DNA of 64,000 nt, taken from the IMG/VR virus record IMGVR_UViG_3300021426_000093, positions 2,572 to 66,571 of that record; one strand, 5' to 3'. Positions 63,890-64,000 of this stretch are shown one piece after another. This stretch comes from a virus (lineage: Duplodnaviria; Caudoviricetes). Below the pieces are notes generated by a model. It made no database searches. It was not told where the DNA came from and saw nothing but the letters and a program-made list of their open reading frames with translations. The translations under genes and the position numbers were made by a program. Each line of letters starts with the position of its first letter. Position 1 is the first letter of the stretch.

Positions 63890-63964
63890 TTCCTCTTGGT
63901 GTAATTGGTAGCACAAGGGTTTTTGGTGCCCTTAGTTTAGGTTCGAGTCCTGAAGAGGAAGCCA
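63890..63964 (+). tRNA. tRNA-Gln(TTG)
   Basis: AGGGT-TTTTGGT-GCCCT, GGTTCGAGTCC, CCA. Confidence 0.9.
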
Positions 63965-63965
63965 A

Positions 63966-64000
63966 CGCTATGTAGCTCAAAAGTAGAGCAGGGTGCTGAT
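63966..64000 (+). tRNA. tRNA-Ile(GAT), truncated by the window end
   Basis: CGCTATG TA GCTC...GAGC A GGGTG CT GAT. Confidence 0.65.

Noticed and set aside
61876-64000. UGA suppressor tRNA
   Set aside because: None of the tRNAs in the window has a TCA anticodon. The cluster continues past the window end.

Overview
Part of a large, AT-rich (roughly 30% GC by eye) tailed dsDNA bacteriophage genome. The left end carries a phage gyrase pair (gyrB, gyrA running off the window) and small early genes. From 10.2 to 50.7 kb is a virion/lysis module that the supplied ORF track shows as fragments. The pieces share reading frames and are separated only by in-frame TGA. With TGA read as Trp (genetic code 4) they join into long genes: 2584, 613, 1105, 2952 (tape measure), 1692, 1538, 215 and 1349 aa, plus holin-like genes. 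Early/metabolic genes use TGG almost exclusively and occasionally end in TGA, so the recoding looks biased to late genes. From 51 to 60 kb are sigma70/sigmaA-promoter-driven early genes, including an RNA-repair set (two RNA ligases, a kinase, phosphoesterases). From 60.4 kb to the end is a non-coding RNA region: a ~590-nt ROOL-like RNA, an ~840-nt structured (possibly GOLLD-like) RNA and a tRNA cluster. Two more promoter-flanked structured RNAs that I cannot assign lie at 51.3 and 52.9 kb. Other notable signals: a candidate 10-nt translational bypass (CTT-TGA-ATAA-CTT), a strongly over-represented TGCGGC/GCCGCA hexamer, GC-rich imported tail-fibre segments and a tRNA with an expanded anticodon loop. 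All assignments are by eye, without database searches.
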